Shown here piece after piece: positions 31,579-40,682 of a stretch of DNA of 64,000 nt. The DNA lies in contig CACEJU010000004.1 of NCBI GenBank assembly GCA_902559885.1, positions 4,526-68,525 on the forward strand, written 5' to 3'. The position numbers and the translations under genes were made by a program. Position 1 is the first letter of the stretch; the number at the start of each line of letters is the position of its first letter. Origin of the DNA: an uncultured SAR86 cluster bacterium. GTDB taxonomy: Bacteria; Pseudomonadota; Gammaproteobacteria; Magnimaribacterales; D2472. Below the pieces are notes generated by a model. That model ran no database searches and was not told the DNA's origin. It saw nothing but the letters and a program-made list of their open reading frames with translations.

Positions 31579-31636
31579 GGGAATTGACCTAGGGGATTGA
31601 ATTAAGAGGATATTCATAGGTCTTGTTAATATAGAC

Positions 31637-32395
31637 CTAGATAAATCTTAAAAGTTCAATTTCTATTAAAAAAAATATTAAAAAAGCACCAAGAATTAAA
31701 CCGCTTCCAAAGGGTACATAATTTTCTTTATTTTTTTCCTTAAATAAATATATTACTAATGAAAACAATGACCCAAAAAATAATATAAAAGGGATTGAAT
31801 AAACGCCATAAAGTGCACCTAGACTTGCTAGTAAAATAAAATCACCAAAACCTATCCCATCTATTGCTCTAAATTTTTTATAAATAAAATTAATTACATA
31901 TAACACTGTATAGCCAAAAAAAGCCCCAAAAAGCGCATGAGTTATATTTGTATGAATGTTTAATGCCGCTGAGCAAATTGAAAAAAACAATAGAGTTAAA
32001 TTTAATTCTATCGGAAGAAAAAAATGGTTATAGTCTGTTATGAGCAATATGTATAAAAAGCAAAATATTAGAAGTAAAACTAATATATTTAATATAGAAG
32101 TTTCAAAAAAAATCAGCGTTACTGTTACCGCTAGGAATATTAGCTCAGTAATAAAGTAACTCTTATTAATTTCTTTTTTACAAAAGTAACATTTACCTTT
32201 CAGATATATATAACTAAAGATTGGAATAAGCATCATTGGCTTCAGTGATTTTTTACAATGCGGACAATGAGATGAGGGTGAAATAATATTAATTTTCTCA
32301 CCTGCATAAATTCTCTGATATCTGTTTATAGACATTCCAGCAAAACTTCCCAGACATAAGCCAAAAGCCCATATAAAAGGATAAATAATATCCAT
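31637..32395 (-). CDS. pilD: Prepilin peptidase / N-methyltransferase (PilD/GspO)
   Basis: GSF, SHCPHC...GKCYFC zinc motifs, ITD and GFGD catalytic Asp motifs, VPFG. Confidence 0.92.
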   Translation of the reverse strand: MDIIYPFIWAFGLCLGSFAGMSINRYQRIYAGEKINIISPSSHCPHCKKSLKPMMLIPIFSYIYLKGKCYFCKKEINKSYFITELIFLAVTVTLIFFETSILNILVLLLIFCFLYILLITDYNHFFLPIELNLTLLFFSICSAALNIHTNITHALFGAFFGYTVLYVINFIYKKFRAIDGIGFGDFILLASLGALYGVYSIPFILFFGSLFSLVIYLFKEKNKENYVPFGSGLILGAFLIFFLIEIELLRFI

Positions 32396-32398
32396 ATA

Positions 32399-32485
32399 TT
32401 ATTTTTTTGTTATGTAATAACAAATAATAAGAAGTATTAATGCTGGTATAGCATATAAACCAATCATAAGAATTTTATCTAACAT
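32399..32485 (-). CDS. Uncalled 28-aa single-TM small protein MLDKILMIGLYAIPALILLIICYYITKK
   Basis: Read directly from the minus strand. AGGAG lies 6 nt before the ATG. The ORF fills the ggt-pilD gap, overlapping the ggt end by 11 nt and ending 3 nt before the pilD ATG. Confidence 0.7.
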   Translation of the reverse strand: MLDKILMIGLYAIPALILLIICYYITKK

Positions 32486-34208
32486 TTATTTCTCCTGAGG
32501 CAAAAGCATCTGGTCGTCTAAAATCACCATACCCATAATATATTTGATTACTTTTCATAATAGTTTGAATACAGGTAGCAGGCTTTATAAATTTAACATT
32601 ATAGCCATTATTTTCTAAAGTGGCTGCCATACCTTGAGGATAACCGTTTTCAATTTGTAACAAATCTGGATACCACTGATGATGGATTCTTATGGCTTTA
32701 GTCGCATCTTCAAGATTCATATCAAAGTCAACAATATTTATGATTGATTGTAGAACAGCTGAAATAATTCTTGAACCACCGGGAGATCCGGTAGAAAAGA
32801 AAAATTCATTATTTTTTGTAACTATAGTTGGCGTCATTGAACTAAGAGGGCGCTTACCAGGTTGAATTTCATTAGCCTCAGAGCCTAGTAAACCAAACTG
32901 GTTTGGGATGCCTGGCGCTGCTGAGAAATCATCCATTTCATTATTCATTAGTATCCCAGTTCCTTTAATTACAACACCAGATCCAAAAGATGAATTTAGA
33001 GTATATGTTGAAGAAATAATATTACCTTGGCTATCAGCAACTGAAAAATGTGTAGTTTCAAAACTTTCAACATCGTCTAATCTACCTGGTTTGATTTTAG
33101 ATGAGGGAGTAATTTTATTTTTTGATATTTTAGAAGCAATATTATTTGCATACGTTTTATTAATTAACTTGTTAACTGGAACTTGATAGTAATCTGGATC
33201 ACCTAAATATAGCGATCTATCAGCATAAGCATGTTTCATTGTTTCAGTTAATATATTCACGTATTCAATAGAGTTATGTCCTAGTTTTTTAAGATTAAAA
33301 TTTTCCAATATGTTAAGCATTTGTAAGATATGGACACCACCAGATGAAGGGGGACCCATCGTTATAATATTCACGTCCTTATATGTCCCAACTAATGGCT
33401 TTCTCCAAACTGGTTGATAGTTTTCAAGATCAGTCTTGGTAATTAAACCACCATTTTGTGACATATCTTTAGCTATATGGTTTGCTATTCTTCCTTTGTA
33501 AAAACCATCTCTGCCATTTTTTGCAATAATCTTTAATGTTTGGGCTAAATCTTTTTGAATAAATTTTTTTGTGAGGAAATTAGGATAATCTTTTTGAAAT
33601 ATTTTAGATGTTTCTTCAAAACCTGATAATTTTTCGTGGTAACGGATAAGCATATCAGACATATATACACTCACCTCAAAACCATTTTCAGCTAAATCAA
33701 TGGCTGGAGCCAATAATTGATCCCATGGCAATGATCCAAATTTTTTGTGAACTTCCCAAAGTCCAGCAACTGTTCCAGGAACACCACTGGCAAGATAGCC
33801 ATAAGTGGATTTACCTTTTATAAGCTCACCTTGGTTATTCAAATACATCTTTTGATAAGATGCAGCAGGTGCTTTTTCACGATAATCTATTGAGAATGCT
33901 TCTTGATTATTTTCATTATACATAAGCATAAAACCACCACCGCCAATGTTTCCAGCTCTTGGGAGTACAACCGCTAAAGCAAAACCAATTGCAACAGCTG
34001 CATCATAAGCATTACCTCCATCTGATAAAACATTTTCGCCAACTCTTGTTGCAATATAGTGCTGAGTAGTAACCATACCCGTCGAGCTCATGGCTGTCTC
34101 TTTTTGTTTTGGAATATAATCTGATGGATCAACAACACCTATCGCAGGTGTAGAATTTGCAAAAATATTTAAGCTTAAAAAAGCTACTAAAAATAACTTA
34201 AACTTCAT
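32475..34208 (-). CDS. ggt: Gamma-glutamyltransferase, exported
   Basis: Signal peptide; GGNAYDAA, GNIGGGGF, ETTHFSVAD autocleavage Thr, PGKRPLSSMTP, GSPGGSRI. Confidence 0.95.
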   Translation of the reverse strand: MKFKLFLVAFLSLNIFANSTPAIGVVDPSDYIPKQKETAMSSTGMVTTQHYIATRVGENVLSDGGNAYDAAVAIGFALAVVLPRAGNIGGGGFMLMYNENNQEAFSIDYREKAPAASYQKMYLNNQGELIKGKSTYGYLASGVPGTVAGLWEVHKKFGSLPWDQLLAPAIDLAENGFEVSVYMSDMLIRYHEKLSGFEETSKIFQKDYPNFLTKKFIQKDLAQTLKIIAKNGRDGFYKGRIANHIAKDMSQNGGLITKTDLENYQPVWRKPLVGTYKDVNIITMGPPSSGGVHILQMLNILENFNLKKLGHNSIEYVNILTETMKHAYADRSLYLGDPDYYQVPVNKLINKTYANNIASKISKNKITPSSKIKPGRLDDVESFETTHFSVADSQGNIISSTYTLNSSFGSGVVIKGTGILMNNEMDDFSAAPGIPNQFGLLGSEANEIQPGKRPLSSMTPTIVTKNNEFFFSTGSPGGSRIISAVLQSIINIVDFDMNLEDATKAIRIHHQWYPDLLQIENGYPQGMAATLENNGYNVKFIKPATCIQTIMKSNQIYYGYGDFRRPDAFASGEINVR

Positions 34209-35841
34209 TTGCTTGAGCTATCTCTTTAGCCCATTTGTAATTAGCTTTTCCATTTGGCGCTCTTTCAACATTTGCTACAAATATAACTTTTTTAGGCAAC
34301 TTATAACCCGATATATGTTCTCTTGTATCATTTATAAGTTCAGCTTCGTCAATAGATTGATTTTCGTTTACAGAGGCAATTGCAACTACTTTTTGTCCAA
34401 ATCTTTCATCGTCTACACCAACAACAAGGCAATCATATATAGCGTTATTTTTTTTAATTGCTTCTTCAACTTCTTCCGGGTATATTTTTTCACCTGCTGA
34501 ATTAATACAGTTTGAGCCTCTGCCAAGCAAAGTAATAGATCCATCTTCCTCAACTAAAGCATAATCTCCAGGAAAACTATATCTTTTTCCTTGAAATTCT
34601 TTAAAGGTCTTTGCTGACTTTTCTGGATCCTTGTAATAACCGAGAGGGACAAGACCACCTGTACCAATCATACCTCTCTCACCAGAACCCGGCTCTACTA
34701 ATTCTCCATTATCACTAACAACTATTACATCTGGATTAAGTTTGAATTTTGCAGTTTTAATAGATTCACTTCTTGATGATACTGATGAGCCCATACCGCC
34801 TTCGCTTGAACCCATTAAATCGAGAATTCTTATATCACAATGTTTAAGCAATGCTTCTTTTGTTTCTGAGCTAAAAATTACCCCACTAGATATTAATAAA
34901 TTTAATTTATCTAACTTGTAAGGAACTCCATTTTCTTTAGCAAAATCAAGCTCATTTGCAATTGGTTTAGCAAAAGCATCTCCAACGATTACTATATTTG
35001 TTATGTCGTTATCTTGAGCTGCTTTTAATACCTTCTTTGGATCAAATCCCAGCTCGGGTATAGCCAAAACAAGACCTCCTGTTAAGTGTGTTAAAAATGC
35101 ACCAAGCCACATTCCTGTTCCATGCATAAAGGGGCACGCAACTAGTGTCTTTACTCTATTGTTGTTAGTTGCCTCAATGAGATGATCAAGTTCTGCTGTA
35201 TCAAAGGTTTCTCTGGTATCGGGAACCTCAAAGTCCAATCCTTTTAGAACACCAAATATTGCCTGCATGAAATCACAATGCTCATACATAACTCCTTTTG
35301 GCATACCAGTTGTGCCACCTGTATAGATCATATATAGATTTCTTTCATCTCTATTTTTTCTGGCAATAGGATTAAAGTCTTGAATGCATGCATTATAATC
35401 AATTGCATTTTCATGTATTTCAGTATCATTTTCATTTACTTGAATCCAAAGCTTAATATTTGGTAAGTCATTAATTATTTGCGAAATTTCATCTTTGTAA
35501 GTGCTTTGAAAAAATACTACTTCAGCGTCACAATTATCCAATAGATAAATAAGTTCAGCTGCCTTATACCTATAATTTACATTTATAGGAACACATTCTA
35601 ATTTAAATGTTGCATATTGAGCCTCAAGATATTCAAGATTGTTATGCAGATATAAACCAATTTTTGTATTTTTATTAACACCATTATGTTTTAAAAAATT
35701 TGCAAGTCTAGCAGACCTATCATCATATTCTTTCCAGGAAATTTTAGCGTCATTACAAATGATAGCTGTCTTATCGTTTTGTTTGTCTGCAACATATTCC
35801 CAAACAGTTGCAAAATGTCTTTCTATTTTTTTATGTATCAT
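34198..35841 (-). CDS. Acyl-CoA synthetase (AMP-binding, FadD19-like)
   Basis: YTGGTTGMPKG, PLGYYKDPEKS, LLGRGSNCINSAGEKIYPEEVE and PNGK motifs. Confidence 0.9.
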   Translation of the reverse strand: MIHKKIERHFATVWEYVADKQNDKTAIICNDAKISWKEYDDRSARLANFLKHNGVNKNTKIGLYLHNNLEYLEAQYATFKLECVPINVNYRYKAAELIYLLDNCDAEVVFFQSTYKDEISQIINDLPNIKLWIQVNENDTEIHENAIDYNACIQDFNPIARKNRDERNLYMIYTGGTTGMPKGVMYEHCDFMQAIFGVLKGLDFEVPDTRETFDTAELDHLIEATNNNRVKTLVACPFMHGTGMWLGAFLTHLTGGLVLAIPELGFDPKKVLKAAQDNDITNIVIVGDAFAKPIANELDFAKENGVPYKLDKLNLLISSGVIFSSETKEALLKHCDIRILDLMGSSEGGMGSSVSSRSESIKTAKFKLNPDVIVVSDNGELVEPGSGERGMIGTGGLVPLGYYKDPEKSAKTFKEFQGKRYSFPGDYALVEEDGSITLLGRGSNCINSAGEKIYPEEVEEAIKKNNAIYDCLVVGVDDERFGQKVVAIASVNENQSIDEAELINDTREHISGYKLPKKVIFVANVERAPNGKANYKWAKEIAQANEV

Positions 35842-35932
35842 TCTGATTAATTAGTTGTTATATTTTTTATATATTTTTTTAAATATAATAACTTTCAATA
35901 AACAAGAAGTAAAAAACTTCAGGATAATGAAT

Positions 35933-37600
35933 ATGAGCGAAATATATAATTCAGTCATTAAGCATTTAACATCGCCAGGTCAGATGTTCGAAGTTAAAGA
36001 TGTTCAAGATGCCAATGGCATCACGTATAAAGAATACGTAAACTTTCCTGATAATCTCAAGGCATTTTATGATACTGGTCTAGTGCATCCACAAGATAGA
36101 GACTGGCTTGTTCATGAAAACGAACGTTTTGCATATAAAGAGGTTTATGAAAAAGCAGCTCAAACAGCAAATGCTTTAATTGATTTTGGTATTAACAAGG
36201 GTGACCGTGTTGCTATATGTATGCAAAATAATCCTGAGTTTATCTATGCCTATATGGCCATTACAGGAATAGGTGCGATTTGTGTTCCTTTGAATTCATG
36301 GTGGGTTCCATCTGAAGTGGAATATGGTCTTAAACAATCTGGTGCAAAGATTTTAATAGCAGACAAAAAAAGACTACAAGGTCTTGATGAATTAAGCGAA
36401 ATAAAAAAAATTATTACCTCATATTCACAAGATGATAATTATGAAAAATTTTCTGATTTCATAGCGGACTTTTCGAAAGAATGGCCTGACATAGATCTAA
36501 ATAGAAATGATCCAGCAACTATATATTACACATCAGGATCTACTGGTTTGCCTAAAGGTGTTCTATCTTCTCATAAAGGAATTCTATCAACTATGTTTAG
36601 CTGGCTATGTTTTGCCTCTGCCGTCAATGAGGTTGCCAATCAAACAAACAAAAAACAAACTGTAAGCGAAGGATCTCAATCAGGTATGCTTTTATGTGTA
36701 CCACTTTTTCATGTTACTGGGTCTCATTCTGCATTTTTAATGTCTATTCCAGTTGGAAGAAAAATTGTTATGTTAAATAAATGGGATCCTGGTGAGGCAC
36801 TTCGGCTTATTGATGAAGAAAAAATTACAGATATAACCGGTGTTCCTACTCAAACTTGGGAGTTATTAAACCATCCAGATAAAAATAAATACGATACATC
36901 ATCATTAGTTTCTCTTGGCGGAGGCGGAGGCCCAAGACCACCTGAACATGTAAAAAAACTGGATGAAGAATTTGAGGGTAGGCCTGGTGTTGGGTATGGT
37001 CTATCTGAAACTAATGCATTAGGAACTTTATTAAATGGCGATGAATATCAAGCTTATCCTGCTAGTTGTGGAAGGGTAGTACCACCGTTAACCGAAATAA
37101 AAATTTTAGATGATAATTGGGATGAGGTTGAGGCTGGGACAATTGGTGAAGTTGTTATTAAATCAACTGCAAATATGATTGGTTACTGGGACAACCCTGA
37201 AGCTACACAAGAAGTTGTTAATGATGATGGTTGGTTTAGAAGTGGCGATTTAGGGTATTTTGATGGACCTTTCTTACATTTAGTTGATAGAAAAAAAGAA
37301 TTAGTCATTCGGGGTGGAGAAAATATTTCGTGTATTGAAGTAGAAGGCGCAATCTATGAACATGATGATATTCTCGAGGCCTGTGTATTTGGAAAACCAG
37401 ATGAAAGATTAGGTGAAATACCATGTGCCGCTATTTATTTAAGACAAGATAGTGAACTTGATGTAACTTCTTTGCAAGAATTTCTTAGCAAGAGATTGGC
37501 GCCATTTAAAATTCCTGCTATTGTAAAATTCTATGAAGCACCGCTTCCAAAAGTAGGCTCAGGTAAGTTTGATAAACTTACATTAAAAAAGGATTTTTGA
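35933..37600 (+). CDS. Long-chain acyl-CoA synthetase (AMP-binding)
   Basis: YTSGSTGLPKG, GYGLSET, WFRSGDLG and IRGGENI motifs. Start moved to ATG 35933 (AGGA upstream); 35927 is an alternative. Confidence 0.9.
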   Translation: MSEIYNSVIKHLTSPGQMFEVKDVQDANGITYKEYVNFPDNLKAFYDTGLVHPQDRDWLVHENERFAYKEVYEKAAQTANALIDFGINKGDRVAICMQNNPEFIYAYMAITGIGAICVPLNSWWVPSEVEYGLKQSGAKILIADKKRLQGLDELSEIKKIITSYSQDDNYEKFSDFIADFSKEWPDIDLNRNDPATIYYTSGSTGLPKGVLSSHKGILSTMFSWLCFASAVNEVANQTNKKQTVSEGSQSGMLLCVPLFHVTGSHSAFLMSIPVGRKIVMLNKWDPGEALRLIDEEKITDITGVPTQTWELLNHPDKNKYDTSSLVSLGGGGGPRPPEHVKKLDEEFEGRPGVGYGLSETNALGTLLNGDEYQAYPASCGRVVPPLTEIKILDDNWDEVEAGTIGEVVIKSTANMIGYWDNPEATQEVVNDDGWFRSGDLGYFDGPFLHLVDRKKELVIRGGENISCIEVEGAIYEHDDILEACVFGKPDERLGEIPCAAIYLRQDSELDVTSLQEFLSKRLAPFKIPAIVKFYEAPLPKVGSGKFDKLTLKKDF

Positions 37601-37619
37601 AAATTTAATTTAAAAATAC

Positions 37620-38312
37620 ATGGCAGATAAAATTTTAATAATTGAAGATGAGCCAGATATTAGTAAGGCTCTTGAGTATAATCTAAAAAAAGAAGGTTAC
37701 GATACTTATACAAGCTTAAATCTAAAAGATGGTTTAGCAGCAGTTTATGAAAACAAAATTTCATTAATACTTTTAGACTTAATGCTACCAGATGGCTCCG
37801 GTCTTGATCTATGCAAAAAACTCAAATCAAATCCTGAATATGATTTTATTCCTATAATTATACTCACTGCAAAAGATGATGAAGTAGATAAAGTCGTTGG
37901 ATTTGAACTAGGTGCAGATGATTATGTTACAAAACCATTTAGTATTCGTGAGCTAATTCTTAGAATCAAAGCAGTTCTAAAAAGAAAAATAGATAAAAAA
38001 GATTTAGTAGAAGTAGAGCGACAATTTGGTGATCTAAGAATGGATATTGATTCTCACGAAGTGTTTGTAAATAATGAAGAGGTTTTTTTAACAGCTTTAG
38101 AGTTTAAGTTATTAAAACAGTTAGTTGATAGAAGAGGTAGGGTCCAATCTCGAGATCAATTACTTGCTGATGTATGGGGTTATAGCTCTGATGTTACTAC
38201 TAGAACAGTTGATACACACATCAAAAGACTTAGAGAAAAACTTGGTGTGATCGGAAAGTATGTTCAAACCATCAGAGGTGTGGGATACAAATTCTCAAGA
38301 ACGCCTGACTAG
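37620..38312 (+). CDS. phoB: OmpR/PhoB-family response regulator, probable PhoB
   Basis: LLDLMLP receiver Asp; GADDYVTKPFS; TRTVDTHIKRLREKLG winged helix; phosphate-gene neighbourhood and downstream Pho boxes. Confidence 0.8.
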   Translation: MADKILIIEDEPDISKALEYNLKKEGYDTYTSLNLKDGLAAVYENKISLILLDLMLPDGSGLDLCKKLKSNPEYDFIPIIILTAKDDEVDKVVGFELGADDYVTKPFSIRELILRIKAVLKRKIDKKDLVEVERQFGDLRMDIDSHEVFVNNEEVFLTALEFKLLKQLVDRRGRVQSRDQLLADVWGYSSDVTTRTVDTHIKRLREKLGVIGKYVQTIRGVGYKFSRTPD

Positions 38313-38313
38313 T

Positions 38314-40074
38314 ATGGGTGTGCGCTCAAGAATTTTTCTAACGATATTTTTATCATTATTTTTAAGTGTAATAGCTACTTATTTTATTACCGAAAGAGAT
38401 CTTAGAAGAGGTATTGAAAACCAACTCGTAAGTGAGTTAGAGAAAGAAGCCAATTTAATTGTAGAAAATATTGGTAATGTAAGCAGTTTTCAAAGCTTAG
38501 AAGAATCTGATGCAGCGGCTGATAACCTTGGCTCAATTATTGATTCAAGGGTTACTTTGATTTCAAACGAAGGAGAGGTCGTCGGAGATAGTAGTCTTAC
38601 AATACAAGAAATATCTCTTTTAGATAATCACCTAAATAGATCAGAAGTAATTGAAGCATTAAAAAATAATCGAGGCTGGTCATCAAGGTATTCAAATACC
38701 CTAGATTCAAACCTTTTGTATTTTGCTGTATTAGATGAAAATATTGAGGAACCAAATGTTATAAGGGTTGCTGTTCCTTTATCGTCTCTGGATAGTGCAC
38801 TATCCTCATTAGAGTTAGCTATTAGTTTATTGTTTATTGTAGTGTTTATTGTTTCAGTATTTGCTAGTTTCATTTCATCAAGAATTTTATACTCAAATAT
38901 TGAAGCTCTTGATAAAGCAGCTTCTAGAATTATCGATGGAGCTATTAAAAAGAAAGATATTAAAGCACTTCCCACACAAAGAGTTGATGAATTTGGTAAC
39001 GTAGCTAGAACCATTTCTCAAATATCAGCAGACCTAAAACAACGTATCCAAGATATTGCAAAACAAAGAGACCAATTTGGTAATGTTTTAAACGATTTGG
39101 GTGAGGGTATTTTAGTTGCTGACAATAATGAAAATATTTTTTATTCCAACGAACAAAGTCAAATTATCTTAGAGCTTCAAAAGCTAAATGGAAGAAAACT
39201 ACAATCACTAAATATCCCTGCAATTAATTATTTAACTGAAAGAGCAAAAGAAAAAAAGAAAGCTGATATTGAATTTGAAATTGAGTTAAAAGATAAAACA
39301 ACTAGATGGGTCTTAGGATCTATGAATAAATCAAAGTCCACTGGTGAATTTATTTTAGTACTTCATGACATTTCACAATTACGTCAATTGAATTCAATGA
39401 GGCGTGATTTTATATCAAACCTTTCTCATGAATTAAGAACCCCTGTAAGCGTTATTAGAGCTAATTCAGAGACTTTATTATCGGGTGCACTAGAAGATAA
39501 AAAAGAAGCTGCTGTTTTTGCTAAAGCAATTATGCATAACTCTGAAAGATTATCTGAAATGGTATCAGATCTAATTGATTTATCGAGGATTGAATATGGA
39601 GACTTAAAATTAAATATAAGATCAATAGATGTTAATCAAATTATAGAATCAATAGTTTTCTCTATGAAAAGTATCTTAAAAAGAAAAAACATATCTATTA
39701 AATTTGACCCTCATCAATCAAAAAGTATGGTCGAAGCTGATTTAAATGCCTTAGAGAGAATCATTAATAATTTTATTGATAATGCGTATAAATATTCACC
39801 TAAAAATTCATCAATAGAAATTACAACTGAAAGTCCAAACGATGATATTAAAATTAATATTATAGATGAGGGGGATGGAATTGCTCCTAAGGAAATGAAC
39901 TTGATCTTTGATAGATTTTTCAGAACAGCATCTGCTAGAGCATCTGAAAAGTCAGGAAGCGGGTTAGGTTTGGCTATAGTTAAAAATCTTGTAAATAGTC
40001 TCAATGGAAAAGTTGGAGTTGATTCTAATGAAAAGGGCTCAACTTTCTGGTTCACACTACCAAAATCTAAATAA
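38314..40074 (+). CDS. phoR: Sensor histidine kinase, PhoR-like (2 TM, periplasmic domain, HAMP, PAS, HisKA, HATPase)
   Basis: RRDFISNLSHELRTP H-box; NFIDNAYKY, DEGDGI and GSGLGLAIVK boxes. Start moved to ATG 38314. Confidence 0.8.
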   Translation: MGVRSRIFLTIFLSLFLSVIATYFITERDLRRGIENQLVSELEKEANLIVENIGNVSSFQSLEESDAAADNLGSIIDSRVTLISNEGEVVGDSSLTIQEISLLDNHLNRSEVIEALKNNRGWSSRYSNTLDSNLLYFAVLDENIEEPNVIRVAVPLSSLDSALSSLELAISLLFIVVFIVSVFASFISSRILYSNIEALDKAASRIIDGAIKKKDIKALPTQRVDEFGNVARTISQISADLKQRIQDIAKQRDQFGNVLNDLGEGILVADNNENIFYSNEQSQIILELQKLNGRKLQSLNIPAINYLTERAKEKKKADIEFEIELKDKTTRWVLGSMNKSKSTGEFILVLHDISQLRQLNSMRRDFISNLSHELRTPVSVIRANSETLLSGALEDKKEAAVFAKAIMHNSERLSEMVSDLIDLSRIEYGDLKLNIRSIDVNQIIESIVFSMKSILKRKNISIKFDPHQSKSMVEADLNALERIINNFIDNAYKYSPKNSSIEITTESPNDDIKINIIDEGDGIAPKEMNLIFDRFFRTASARASEKSGSGLGLAIVKNLVNSLNGKVGVDSNEKGSTFWFTLPKSK

Positions 40075-40127
40075 TTCTTAATTGTAATAAAGCTTTACAG
40101 CATAAATGTATTTGATCTATAATTACT

Positions 40128-40167
40128 TTGTCACATAAATGTCACAATAATGTTTCATTTATGACAT
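40128..40167 (+). promoter_or_regulatory. Pho box (11-bp-periodic direct repeats)
   Basis: TTGTCAC (40128), ATGTCAC (40139), ATGTTTC (40150), ATGACAT (40161); compare the CTGTCAT-N4-CTGTCAC consensus. Confidence 0.75.
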
Positions 40168-40184
40168 AAATGATGGAGGTAAAT

Positions 40185-40490
40185 ATGAAATATATTATGT
40201 CATTAGTAGCTTTAGCATTAGTAGCAACACATGTTGATGCGGATCATCATTTTCAATCTAAAAGTATTAAATCATTTTCAATTGATAATAATGGGGTTAT
40301 AACTTTAAATACCAGAGCATCATCTTTTCAAGCTGATTTGAATAATTGTTCTATGAGCAAATTAAAGCAATTAGAGAATGTAAGTATATATACGCACTCT
40401 GCTTTAGTTAAAGAAAATACTAAAGTAAGCTTTTTATCAAACTCAGGTACTATGACTGGTTGCAAGGTTAATAATATTGTAAAGCTATAA
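40185..40490 (+). CDS. Small secreted protein with two Cys, function unknown
   Basis: GGAGG at 40175-40179 before ATG 40185; signal peptide MKYIMSLVALALVATHVDA; beta-rich mature part. Confidence 0.78.
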   Translation: MKYIMSLVALALVATHVDADHHFQSKSIKSFSIDNNGVITLNTRASSFQADLNNCSMSKLKQLENVSIYTHSALVKENTKVSFLSNSGTMTGCKVNNIVKL

Positions 40491-40510
40491 AAAAATTATT
40501 TGTACATGTA

Positions 40511-40535
40511 AAAGGCCAGCTACTAGCTGGCCTTT
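40511..40535. terminator. Intrinsic terminator-like hairpin
   Basis: AAAGGCCAGCTA-C-TAGCTGGCCTTT perfect inverted repeat after the small secreted gene. Confidence 0.75.
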
Positions 40536-40606
40536 GCATATATGTAACATAAATTACATATATTCTTTTCTTAAATTTCATTAACTTGTTGCGCAATTAT
40601 TACGAT

Positions 40607-40635
40607 TTGTAACATTAATCACACAATTTTTTCAT
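40607..40635 (+). promoter_or_regulatory. Degenerate Pho-box-like repeats upstream of the large lipoprotein
   Basis: TTGTAAC (40607), ATCACAC (40618), TTTTCAT (40629) at 11-bp spacing; weak in an AT-rich background. Confidence 0.4.
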
Positions 40636-40682
40636 TTTAACTCTATTAAATATAGTCATTAAATCTATTAGAGGAGAATTTA

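Noticed and set aside
31470-31640. tRNA-Gly as an integration site for the downstream phosphate island
   Set aside because: No integrase or transposase, and I saw no repeat of the tRNA 3' end elsewhere in the window
40083-40099. TGTAATAAAGCTTTACA palindrome after phoR as a HexR site
   Set aside because: The spacer is 2 bp longer than in the HexR-like sites at 3077 and 7426; weak in an AT-rich background
40100-40680. Short repeats as a CRISPR array
   Set aside because: They are 7-bp units at 11-bp period (Pho-box geometry), with no repeat-spacer structure and no cas genes
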